A stretch of 64,000 bases of DNA. Origin: an uncultured Candidatus Saccharibacteria bacterium. GTDB lineage: Bacteria; Patescibacteriota; Saccharimonadia; Saccharimonadales; Saccharimonadaceae. Of the stretch, positions 1 through 8,295 are shown in pieces. The stretch is from NCBI GenBank assembly GCA_948623715.1, contig CAPHDI010000002.1:13626-77625 (forward strand), written 5' to 3'. The notes below the pieces were generated by a model, which had not been told where the DNA came from, did no database searches, and was given only the letters and a program-made list of their open reading frames with translations. Position 1 is the first letter of the stretch; each line of letters begins with the position of its first letter. The translations under genes and the position numbers were made by a program.

Positions 1-916
1 CGCCGACTGGTGGGACCGCCGCTTTATCGTCGACTCCTATTCCTGTCGCAAGAACAAAGGCGTCCTCTTCGGCCAGCAGCGTCTTCTAAATCACGTCCGC
101 CTCGCCAGCAATAATTACACCGAGCCCGCCTTCGCCGTCTCACTCGACATCCAGAGTTATTTCTTAAGCCTCTGCCACGACAAGTTATTTGAGCGCATTT
201 GTTGGGGTCTCGACCGCCAATTCCGCCTCGACACTCCCGTCTACAAACTTCCGCCTGATTACCTCAAGAAGAATGACATTCTCTGCGCCCCGCGCGACCG
301 CGAGCGCCTTTATCATACCGTGAAATTTCTCTGGCATCAAGTAATCTACGACGACCCTATGACTAACATTATCGTCCGCGGCTCGAAGGAAGATTGGGCC
401 GCCCTCCCTCCCCACAAAAGTCTCTTTAACCGCAAACCCGGCCACGGCATCGTCATCGGCAATCTCACCAGCCAGCTCGTCTCTAATATCTTCCTCGACC
501 AGCTCGACCGCTTCATCACCATGGATCTCGGCTATAAACATTACGGTCGCTACGTCGACGACTTTTATATCATCGTCCCCTTCGCGAAAAAGGATCAGCT
601 CATCCGCGATATCGACATCATCGAGCATTACCTCCTCGAAGATCTCCATCTCACTCTCCATCCCCATAAGCGCCGCAAGCAGCTCGCCGACAAAGGCATC
701 CCCTTCATCGGCGCCGTCGTCTACCCCGGTTTCATCGTCCCCGGCCACCGCGCCCGCCGCAAAGCCCACCAAGCCGCCTACCGCCTCGCTACCACCGGCT
801 TCGGTCAGCCAGACGGTCTCTTCGCCCGCGAAGGTACCATGTTACATATCAATAGCCGCACTTTCTTTCACCATCTCTTCGACCGCTTCGGCTGGGATTT
901 CGACTGGGAAGACTAA
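1..916 (+). CDS. DGR-type reverse transcriptase (5' end outside window)
   Basis: Frame is open from position 2 (ADWWDRRFIVDSYSCRKNKG...LDIQSYF...) into ORF 320-916. It carries GIVIGNLTSQLVSNIFL (the GxxxSQ motif typical of DGR RTs), catalytic YGRYVDDF and GIPFIG. A TR/VR pair is adjacent. Confidence 0.95.
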   Translation, partial: ADWWDRRFIVDSYSCRKNKGVLFGQQRLLNHVRLASNNYTEPAFAVSLDIQSYFLSLCHDKLFERICWGLDRQFRLDTPVYKLPPDYLKKNDILCAPRDRERLYHTVKFLWHQVIYDDPMTNIIVRGSKEDWAALPPHKSLFNRKPGHGIVIGNLTSQLVSNIFLDQLDRFITMDLGYKHYGRYVDDFYIIVPFAKKDQLIRDIDIIEHYLLEDLHLTLHPHKRRKQLADKGIPFIGAVVYPGFIVPGHRARRKAHQAAYRLATTGFGQPDGLFAREGTMLHINSRTFFHHLFDRFGWDFDWED

Positions 917-950
917 CTAAATTCGCCCTTCCCCAACCACAACCATTTCA

Positions 951-959
951 TGCTATAAT
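951..959 (+). promoter_or_regulatory. Extended -10 promoter (TGcTATAAT) upstream of the TR-containing RNA
   Basis: tgctataat lies 35 nt after the RT stop and is followed by a hairpin-rich stretch and the TR. Confidence 0.6.
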
Positions 960-1198
960 TAATCTCATGGAGATTAAACCTCCACGAGCTCCAACGGAAG
1001 TCAAAGAGGTCAAGCTCCGGCGACCCGCGGTACTCTATCGATCTAGGATCGTGAAGCCCTCTTTTGCCCCGAAACAAATCTCAGTCGCAAAGGTTAGAGT
1101 CGTTTCTCTCGCAGGAAATGACGGATTATCCTCGACCACGGTCGGAGATAATCGTAAAAGGGTTTCTTAAGTCTCTACGTACTCCCTGTTAGGCGGGT

Positions 1199-1381
1199 GC
1201 TGCCGGCAACGTTAACACCAATAACGGCTCGCTCAACAATGCAGGCTCCAACGGTTACTATTGGTCTAGTACTGCCAACAATAGCAACAACGCGTACAAC
1301 CTGAACTTCAACAGTGGCAATTTCAACCCGGCCAACAACAACAATAAGTACAACGGCAACTCCGTGCGGTGTGTCGCCCGT
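1199..1381 (+). repeat. DGR template repeat (TR)
   Basis: 183 nt with 22 AAY codons. Identical to the reverse complement of 3813-3995 except at 24 positions, all A in this copy. Confidence 0.97.
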
Positions 1382-1474
1382 TCCCGATCCTAATATTAAT
1401 CTTTCTCGCTCCTTACTCTCGCTACCTTCCCGCGACACTCGGTAGCTGGACACCAACTTATCTATCAAACACTA

Positions 1475-1509
1475 AAATAACCGACTTCGGCTCCAGATGT
1501 CGGTTATTT
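1475..1509 (+). terminator. Hairpin probably ending the TR RNA
   Basis: aaataaccgac / gtcggttattt 11-bp stem about 95 nt after the TR. Confidence 0.5.
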
Positions 1510-1581
1510 ACTGTAAACGTTCCAAAAATTAGTATCTCGTGCTGTTCAAAAAAGTGGCGCTAAATGATATAATATAGCACA

Positions 1582-2307
1582 ATGAACAAAGATGAAATCT
1601 GGGTTTATCTCGATGAAACCCATCACTTACCTAATAATGAAAGCCCTATGGTTCTTGGTGCTATCTGGGGTACGCCGGAAGACCTAAGGACCTTTAGTCG
1701 TAAAATAAAAGTACTTCGAGCAAAACATGATATTCCAACAAACCGTGAGCTAAAGTGGACAAAAGTCAGTCCAGCCAAGCTCCAATATTATTTGGACATA
1801 AATAAAACCTTTTTAACTGACAATAAGATAAATTATCGCGCCGTTATAGTCGATAAAAGCCTCATCAACAACGTTGCTTTCCATCAAACCGACGACGACT
1901 TCTATTATAAAATCCAGTATTTAGTTATTCGCAACATAGCAGAGCGACATATTGCAAACTTCCGTTTATTCTTCGATTATAAAGATACCCAATCTAGCTA
2001 CAGATGTAAAAGAACGGTAAGTTTTTTAAAAGCAGCCCTGAGTTCGTCCGACGATAAAAGATTCATCAACGACACCTACGACGCCCAGCCTATTAGATCA
2101 CACGAAGCTATCCCTCTGCAGGTCGTCGATTTCCTAAACGGGCTAATCGCATTCGCCAATGTCAAAAACACATCACTCCGCAAAACATCCAAATCCAAAC
2201 GCAGAATCGTGGATGATTTCAAAAAAACGAGCGGGCTAAACATCTCAGTCAACACACCCTACGCCATGGATAAAGTCAATCTGCTCTTTTGGCGACCAAA
2301 ACAATAG
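1582..2307 (+). CDS. DUF3800 family protein
   Basis: N-terminal YLDET, MVLGAIW, ELKWTK and C-terminal LQVVDFL match the DUF3800 pattern as I recall it. AT-rich relative to the RT. Confidence 0.75.
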   Translation: MNKDEIWVYLDETHHLPNNESPMVLGAIWGTPEDLRTFSRKIKVLRAKHDIPTNRELKWTKVSPAKLQYYLDINKTFLTDNKINYRAVIVDKSLINNVAFHQTDDDFYYKIQYLVIRNIAERHIANFRLFFDYKDTQSSYRCKRTVSFLKAALSSSDDKRFINDTYDAQPIRSHEAIPLQVVDFLNGLIAFANVKNTSLRKTSKSKRRIVDDFKKTSGLNISVNTPYAMDKVNLLFWRPKQ

Positions 2308-2323
2308 GAACAACGGAACACAA

Positions 2324-2833
2324 ATGATCAACTGGCTACCAGAACCACTCGTACTTAATGGTAATTCGCTCCAGGGCGACTACGATTTATTATTTAACTG
2401 CTTCAAGAAAGACTTTATCGACAACCCTCCAACAATAAATGAAAAACCAATCATATACGAAACAGCACCGGACAAACATATGCAAGAATACCCTTGCGGT
2501 TTCACTCATCTAATTACACATGAAGATAAAACCGCAAAGGAGCGCTTTATAGATTACACTCGTGCCACTAAACTACCATGGGTCCGCGCTATAATTGATA
2601 ACTACAATCACAAAGAAGTATCAGCCTTTCGAGTTATACAATCAAACCCGAAATATGGGTTAGTTAATAATCTTTACTTATGGCTAGAAGATGAAAATTT
2701 TGTAGTCATCATCCGAACAATAACACGATCGACAGCAACGCATGAAATGCTTATCACATCCTATAATACTACAGACCATACCAATAAAAAACTAGCAAGA
2801 CTGCGGGAAACTCGCGGTACTCTAATTTCGTAA
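2324..2833 (+). CDS. Hypothetical protein co-transcribed with the DUF3800 gene, possibly a RelE/BECR-like nuclease
   Basis: 169 aa with RBS. FTHLIT...R..L.WVRAII...FVVII...LITSY pattern; the fold assignment is inference. Confidence 0.55.
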   Translation: MINWLPEPLVLNGNSLQGDYDLLFNCFKKDFIDNPPTINEKPIIYETAPDKHMQEYPCGFTHLITHEDKTAKERFIDYTRATKLPWVRAIIDNYNHKEVSAFRVIQSNPKYGLVNNLYLWLEDENFVVIIRTITRSTATHEMLITSYNTTDHTNKKLARLRETRGTLIS

Positions 2834-2849
2834 TCACCCCCTCAACATA

Positions 2850-2905
2850 CTAGAAAGTGCCCATGGGGCACTTCTACAACTAATCATACAGCATGGTATG
2901 TCAGT
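2850..2905 (-). ncRNA. Candidate small RNA convergent on the DUF3800 operon
   Basis: Minus-strand promoter TTGTCA-N17-TATAAT (about 2940-2912) with no ORF. It is followed by catac/gtatg and tagaagtgccc/gggcactttcta hairpins. Confidence 0.45.
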
Positions 2906-3114
2906 ACTCTAATTATAGCACACTTTTTCTCCATTGACAACACCTTTTGATAGCAATGTCAAACCGCCTCTGTTAATTCTGTGGAAAACCATATACATAA
3001 TCACAAAAACATCAAAAATAACCCCATAAAAGCCCGGCTATAAACCAACTAAAAAAATATAGACCTCAAAAGAAGTCTATATTTTATCTCAGAATAATTA
3101 CAAAAACAAAACTG

Positions 3115-3191
3115 TGGTGCGAGCTAAGAGACTCTAACTCTCGACCTCTTCCTTGGCAAGGAAGCGCTCTAAACAACTGAGCTAAGCTCGC
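3115..3191 (-). tRNA. tRNA-Gly(GCC)
   Basis: Cloverleaf gcgagct...cttcc-ttGCCaa-ggaag...agctcgcacca. The T-loop is atypical (TTAGAGT). Confidence 0.92.
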
Positions 3192-3809
3192 ATATACCTA
3201 AAATTTAAATCTCTGACAAACCTACTCATTCACTACATCTCACGAATAAGTTCATCCGCATCTGGCTGTATTTGTATCATCTTTTCACTTTTCGAGGCCC
3301 TATCTTCCTCTCTGAGTTTCTAGACTCTACCTCATCCTGAGGTCCTATCTTCCTCAAGATACCTCTATTATAGCACACCTCCGCCCGTACTTCAATACTT
3401 TTCCGACTTTAAATTTTCGCCGCGCTAGCACAATATAGTTTTATCGGCCCGAACACGGCTCCAAGCCTCAAAAATCGCGCCGGCACAGCCGGCGCCCCTC
3501 TTTTTCTGTAAACCAGGATCCTACGAGCCCAAAAACGCGCCGGCTAGCCGGCGCGTCCTGACCTATTTTGGGGAGATTGGGCGAAACTAGTTTTGCGCAT
3601 TTTACCTAGTTTCTCATCTGTCCGTAGCGGCTCCTCGTCGGTGGGCGGCGCCCCGCCCACCTTTTCCAACTTCTGCTACAGCGAGACTACTGCCCTCCCA
3701 TTCTCCCCTCCGATGAGTCTCACCCCTGGTCAGGCATTTCAGGTGGCGACACACCGGGCATCATTTGCTTGCATTTGTTTTCCTTATTTTAATATTATAT
3801 TGCTAGGAT

Positions 3810-5507
3810 CTAACGGGCGACACACCGCACGGAGAAGCCGTAGTACTTATTGAGGTAGCCGGCCGGGCCGAAATAGCCACTGCTGAAGTACAGGTAGTAC
3901 GCGTAGTTGCTATCGTAGGCAGTACTAGACCAATAGTAACCGCTGGAGCCTGCACCGTTGAGCGAGCCGTTAGCGGTGTTAACGAGGCCGGCAGCCGGGA
4001 AGGTGACGCCATTAACCGTTAAGGCGTTATTAGCGAAGGAAGGACTTGATAAACTACTCCAGTAGCTAGTATTCGCGGCGACATTCGTGCTAGTAAGTCC
4101 TGCTACTACTGCGAATTCATTCGTGCCAGTGCCAGGAGTACCTTTCGGGAGGCGCCAACCTTTTGGACAAATACTAGAGCTTGCATCGCCACTGGAGACG
4201 GAGTTAGTACCGGTACCAGCTGTAGCTGTATACCAGTTATAGTAGGCACCATAGGTTGTATTGTTATTGTAATATGCGTGAGGTGCAGTATAGGAGGTAT
4301 CAGTCCAAAGGGCGGAAGATGGAACAGTAAAGTTGGCAGAGACATCAGAGTCGGCAGAGGTAATTGCTTTGTTAATCAAACGAAGATTTTGCGTCATCCA
4401 GCATTTGCCGTCTTTTAGCTTTTCTACGGTGTAGGTAGAGTTGTCACGGGAATCAGTAAGGGTTGCTTTAGCACCGATGGCACTATTAGCACAGACTGAT
4501 GACGTCATATCTTGCATCTTTGAAATAGCAGTCAAAGTATCCGCCGCCTTCCATACTGCATAGATCGTCTTCGTCGGACTTGTCGATTGCAATGTAATCG
4601 TCCCGCCCGGCTGATAAGCCGCCGTAGTTGCACTTGCGCTATCTGCCCAACCTAAGAAAGTATAGTTAGTCCGGGTCGGCTTCGTACTAGAAAGCGTAAA
4701 GGTATACGAACTATCGCTACCACTATAGGTCTGCGCCGCTGGTGCGCCTGTACCGTTATTTGCATTATAAGTTAAACTATAGTTAACAGATTTTGGCGTT
4801 GCTACTAGCGACAACAAGACATTTGTCTTATAATGTCCTGGCGTTGCTGCCGCCCCAAACTTCGCCGCGAAGTGGACCGAACCAGTCGCACTCGACACTG
4901 CCGCCGTACCGCTCTTCATCGTCGCCGGCGAACCATATGCTGGCATCGTCTTATAGACTTGCGAACTCGCCGCATTGGCGTCCGTATCCGTCCACGCATA
5001 ACCCCAAGTATTATCCGCCATCGAACTATACGCTTTGTCCGCCGCCCCGCCGATCGTCGTCCCGCTCGTACCTTCGTACTTTAATGCCGACGAACCGCTT
5101 GCATAGCTGACCTTTAGCGCCCAGCTCGCGATGTCGGTCGCAGTATAAGTCACCTTACTTCGAGCATATGCGGTACCGCCTGGCTCCGCACTACCAGAAA
5201 GGCTCGGCGTGCCGATCGTCAACGTCGCCCCGGCTGCCTGTGGATCAATTCCTGATGCCTGATCTTCCGGCGACACCTCGAAGTCCGTCTCACCGAACCC
5301 ACCGAACGAGTCATCCGGATCATCATTACTATTATTATTGTCCGAGTTTTCTGCATCAAAAACTCCGCTCTCCCCTCCCGTAGCGTTGACAACATTTCCC
5401 CCTCCGCGAGTCGGTACCACCAACGCCACGCCCAATACCATGGCGAAGATCACCGAGCTCGCCGCTCCAGAAAAACTGGATCGCAAAAGCGAACTTTTTA
5501 TCTTCAT
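3810..5507 (-). CDS. DGR target: exported surface protein with a Listeria-Bacteroides (InlB B-like) repeat and a C-terminal Fib_succ_major/FISUMP-type domain
   Basis: N-terminal hydrophobic segment. Repeat: YSLTYNANNGTG...PTRTNYTFLGW...IYAVW. C-terminal domain: DSRD..Y...DGKCWMTQNL...YYNWYTA...ICPKGWRLP...YWSST...SVRCVAR. The last 61 codons are the VR. Confidence 0.92.
   Translation of the reverse strand: MKIKSSLLRSSFSGAASSVIFAMVLGVALVVPTRGGGNVVNATGGESGVFDAENSDNNNSNDDPDDSFGGFGETDFEVSPEDQASGIDPQAAGATLTIGTPSLSGSAEPGGTAYARSKVTYTATDIASWALKVSYASGSSALKYEGTSGTTIGGAADKAYSSMADNTWGYAWTDTDANAASSQVYKTMPAYGSPATMKSGTAAVSSATGSVHFAAKFGAAATPGHYKTNVLLSLVATPKSVNYSLTYNANNGTGAPAAQTYSGSDSSYTFTLSSTKPTRTNYTFLGWADSASATTAAYQPGGTITLQSTSPTKTIYAVWKAADTLTAISKMQDMTSSVCANSAIGAKATLTDSRDNSTYTVEKLKDGKCWMTQNLRLINKAITSADSDVSANFTVPSSALWTDTSYTAPHAYYNNNTTYGAYYNWYTATAGTGTNSVSSGDASSSICPKGWRLPKGTPGTGTNEFAVVAGLTSTNVAANTSYWSSLSSPSFANNALTVNGVTFPAAGLVNTANGSLNGAGSSGYYWSSTAYDSNYAYYLYFSSGYFGPAGYLNKYYGFSVRCVAR
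3813..3995 (-). repeat. DGR variable repeat (VR)
   Basis: Aligns without gaps to TR 1199-1381. 17 codons are changed, only at TR adenines. It ends directly at the TAG stop. Confidence 0.97.
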
Positions 5508-5534
5508 AGTATTCCTCTATTACTTACATATTCC

Positions 5535-5563
5535 ATTATAGTCGAGCATGAGCGTAATGACAA
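5535..5563 (-). promoter_or_regulatory. Sigma70-type promoter of the DGR target gene
   Basis: TTGTCA-N17-TATAAT on the minus strand about 28 nt upstream of the ATG; GAGGA RBS. Confidence 0.6.
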
Positions 5564-5940
5564 GTGCAATTTTTTGCATAATTTTTCCCGAACATCTTTT
5601 CCACAGAACTTTTTCCCGTGCATTTCCCACCAAATTTTCACCCGAACAAACCTTCATCCGCCATATATATTATATATGCACGTTTTCCGAACATTTTTCA
5701 ACATACCATTTCCCCACCCGAACATTCCGTTTTTATTACACCATCTTTCCACTTTTTCACACAATATTTCCGCTCATCCGCAACCCCGTTCGCCCCGAAC
5801 GTGCTCTTTACTTCCCCTATCACCATCTGGTACTATAAGTATAGGGCGGAAGCCCAGCGCTAGCTAAGAGTCAAAAAGGTCGTAAAAACTAATCTTATCG
5901 ATAATTAGCAGTTTAAGATTTTGTAAAATAGGAGAGTTAT

Positions 5941-6036
5941 ATGAAGGTAGACTCTTTAGAAGTATCACGTGAGGACCATAAAACCAAAACCGTATACAAA
6001 CTAAAAGTTAATCTCCGGTACAATACCGAAGATTAA
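5941..6036 (+). CDS. Putative 31-aa small protein (MKVDSLEVSREDHKTKTVYKLKVNLRYNTED)
   Basis: AGGAG RBS upstream of the ATG. Below the ORF-track length cutoff. Confidence 0.3.
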   Translation: MKVDSLEVSREDHKTKTVYKLKVNLRYNTED

Positions 6037-6158
6037 CGCATACCAAATATAACCCCATTTTAACAAACTTTTCTACTTGCGTCAAGCTCCCGCCCCAGAA
6101 AAATCTCCCCTACATCTACGAGGCGACTTTTTCTGCAACATAATTCCAAAATCCAGGA

Positions 6159-7967
6159 TTATTCCAGCGTCCTTCGCTTCCGCTCCCTCGTAAAGAACTC
6201 CAGCACATCCCCGACTTCTGCTGCAATCTTTTTCTCCGTCTTCAGCGCAAGGCCGCCGACTTCCCCTTCGATCAGTTCTTTCGCTTCGATTCGCTCTTTT
6301 TGTACGCTTTCGACTTCCGCCTCACCGAGGATTTCATTCTTTCGTTTCACCCGCGCGAGCGCCTTCGGCGTTACTTTCCCGTCCGTGACTTTCCCGCCCG
6401 CGATCACTTCCGTCTTCGTCACCCGGAATACCCCCATCACCTTCATTTCCCCAAGTGCCGTCTCGACCACTTCTTCGCCGAGCAAATCTTCCATGCTTGT
6501 CTTCGCGTCGTCCAGCAATTCATAAATCACCTTATAATTCCGAATCGCCACCCCATCCCGCGCCGCGAGTTTCGAGATATTCGTCGGCACATTCACATTA
6601 AACCCATAAATCACTGTATTATCATCGCCCGCCGCCATATAGACATCATTCTCCGTCACATCGCCGACGCCTGTCGCCACAACATTCAGCGTCACCTCGC
6701 CCTTCGTGTCAATCAGCTTCAGTGAATCTACTACGCTCGTCACCGACCCCAGCACATCCCCCTTCACGATCACATTAAACACTTTCGCATTATCTACCGA
6801 CTGCATCATCCTGAGCAAATCCGTCGATGTCACATTCGCCGACATCGCTTCATTCGCCGCCTCCTGCGCATTCAATAATGCCATCTTCCGCGCACTCTTC
6901 TCATCTTTCTGCTCAAAGAACCTATCTCCAAAATTCGGTAGTTCCTTAAACCCGGTCACCGTCACCGGCGTCGACGGCGTCGCCTTACCCTTCGGCTTCC
7001 CTCGGAAATCTAGCATCGTCCGCACTTTTCCATAAGTATTTCCCGCCGTGATAAATTCTCCAACTTTCAGTTCCCCGCCCGTCACTAGCAGATTCACGAC
7101 CGACCCCTTCCCGGTCTCCATGTGCGACTCAATCACCAAGCCTTCCGCCGGCACATCTACATCCGCCTTCAATTCTTCCACATCCGCGACTAACAGAATC
7201 GCATCAAGCAACTTCTCTAGATTCTCCCCTGTCTTTGCCGACACCGGAATCATCATAATCTCCCCACCCCATTCTTCTGGCTGCAATCCATGCGCCGACA
7301 AATCCGCCATCGTCCGCGGAATATCCGCCCCCTCTCGATCGATCTTGTTGATCGCTACGATAATTTTTGCATTCGCCCCCTGCGCAAATTTAATCGCTTC
7401 CACCGTCTGCGGCTTCACACCATCATCTGCTGCTACTACGATCACTACAATATCAGTCAACATCGCCCCGTGCTGCCGAATCGCCGCAAACGCCTCATGC
7501 CCCGGCGTATCCAAGAAAGTAATCATCCGATCATCATGTTTCAGCTGATACGCCGAAATATGCTGCGTAATTCCACCTGCCTCAGTCGCTACCGTTTTCT
7601 TATTCAATAAAGTATCAAGCAAAGTCGTCTTCCCATGATCGACGTGCCCCATCACTGCCACCACTGGCGGCCGCGACACTGCATTTTCACTTAGCTCCCT
7701 CCGTACACCGTCATGAATTTTTGTTGTCGTATTTTTCCGCTCCAATCGCACATTCTCGATCCCGAGCTCTTCGATCATAATCTCCGCTGTCTCATAATCT
7801 AGTCGCTGATTGATCGTCGCTACGATCCCATTCTTAAACAATTCCCCGATCAGTGCCGTCACCGACAGTCCCAGCGCCTGCGCCAATTCATCCACCGTAA
7901 TCGAGCCAGCAATCCGAATCACTTTTTCCGCAGGGTTAACAGTATTCTCCAGGTTTTCTGCACTCAT
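6159..7967 (-). CDS. infB: Translation initiation factor IF-2
   Basis: RPPVVAVMGHVDHGKTTLLD, GGITQHI, DTPGHEAF and NKID motifs. Confidence 0.98.
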   Translation of the reverse strand: MSAENLENTVNPAEKVIRIAGSITVDELAQALGLSVTALIGELFKNGIVATINQRLDYETAEIMIEELGIENVRLERKNTTTKIHDGVRRELSENAVSRPPVVAVMGHVDHGKTTLLDTLLNKKTVATEAGGITQHISAYQLKHDDRMITFLDTPGHEAFAAIRQHGAMLTDIVVIVVAADDGVKPQTVEAIKFAQGANAKIIVAINKIDREGADIPRTMADLSAHGLQPEEWGGEIMMIPVSAKTGENLEKLLDAILLVADVEELKADVDVPAEGLVIESHMETGKGSVVNLLVTGGELKVGEFITAGNTYGKVRTMLDFRGKPKGKATPSTPVTVTGFKELPNFGDRFFEQKDEKSARKMALLNAQEAANEAMSANVTSTDLLRMMQSVDNAKVFNVIVKGDVLGSVTSVVDSLKLIDTKGEVTLNVVATGVGDVTENDVYMAAGDDNTVIYGFNVNVPTNISKLAARDGVAIRNYKVIYELLDDAKTSMEDLLGEEVVETALGEMKVMGVFRVTKTEVIAGGKVTDGKVTPKALARVKRKNEILGEAEVESVQKERIEAKELIEGEVGGLALKTEKKIAAEVGDVLEFFTRERKRRTLE

Positions 7968-8295
7968 TTCTGGCTCCTTTCTAGACTTAGCGCTAAGTTC
8001 TACATAATAATTACTTTATTTTTCTTGCCAAACTTTAGTTTAATCTTGATTTTAACTTATTTTAAACTAAGACAGCTCAGTTCCTACTATTTTATCACAT
8101 TTTCCTTAACTTTTGAACCACTTCTGCTCACTTTTCGCAAAGTTAATAACTCATCCACCTTTTATAAGTCTGCATAAAAAACGGCCCCCACATCTGTGGG
8201 GGCCTTAGGAGGTCTTCGCTTAGCCAGCTACGTCGCCGGCCTAATCACATACGCGGTGAATCTGTCAGGATTCACGCAACATCGTCGCTGTCAGG

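Noticed and set aside
1..916. RT as a group II intron, retron or CRISPR-associated RT
   Set aside because: It ends shortly after the palm/thumb with no maturase or HNH extension, has the GxxxSQ motif, and a TR/VR pair with A-only mismatches is adjacent.
967..1170. 67-aa ORF as the DGR accessory (Avd) protein
   Set aside because: Too short and not helical-bundle-like. The region is dominated by hairpins and better explained as RNA, although a leaderless peptide cannot be excluded.
1175..1468. Minus-strand Val-rich ORF over the TR
   Set aside because: Antisense shadow of the AAC-rich template repeat.
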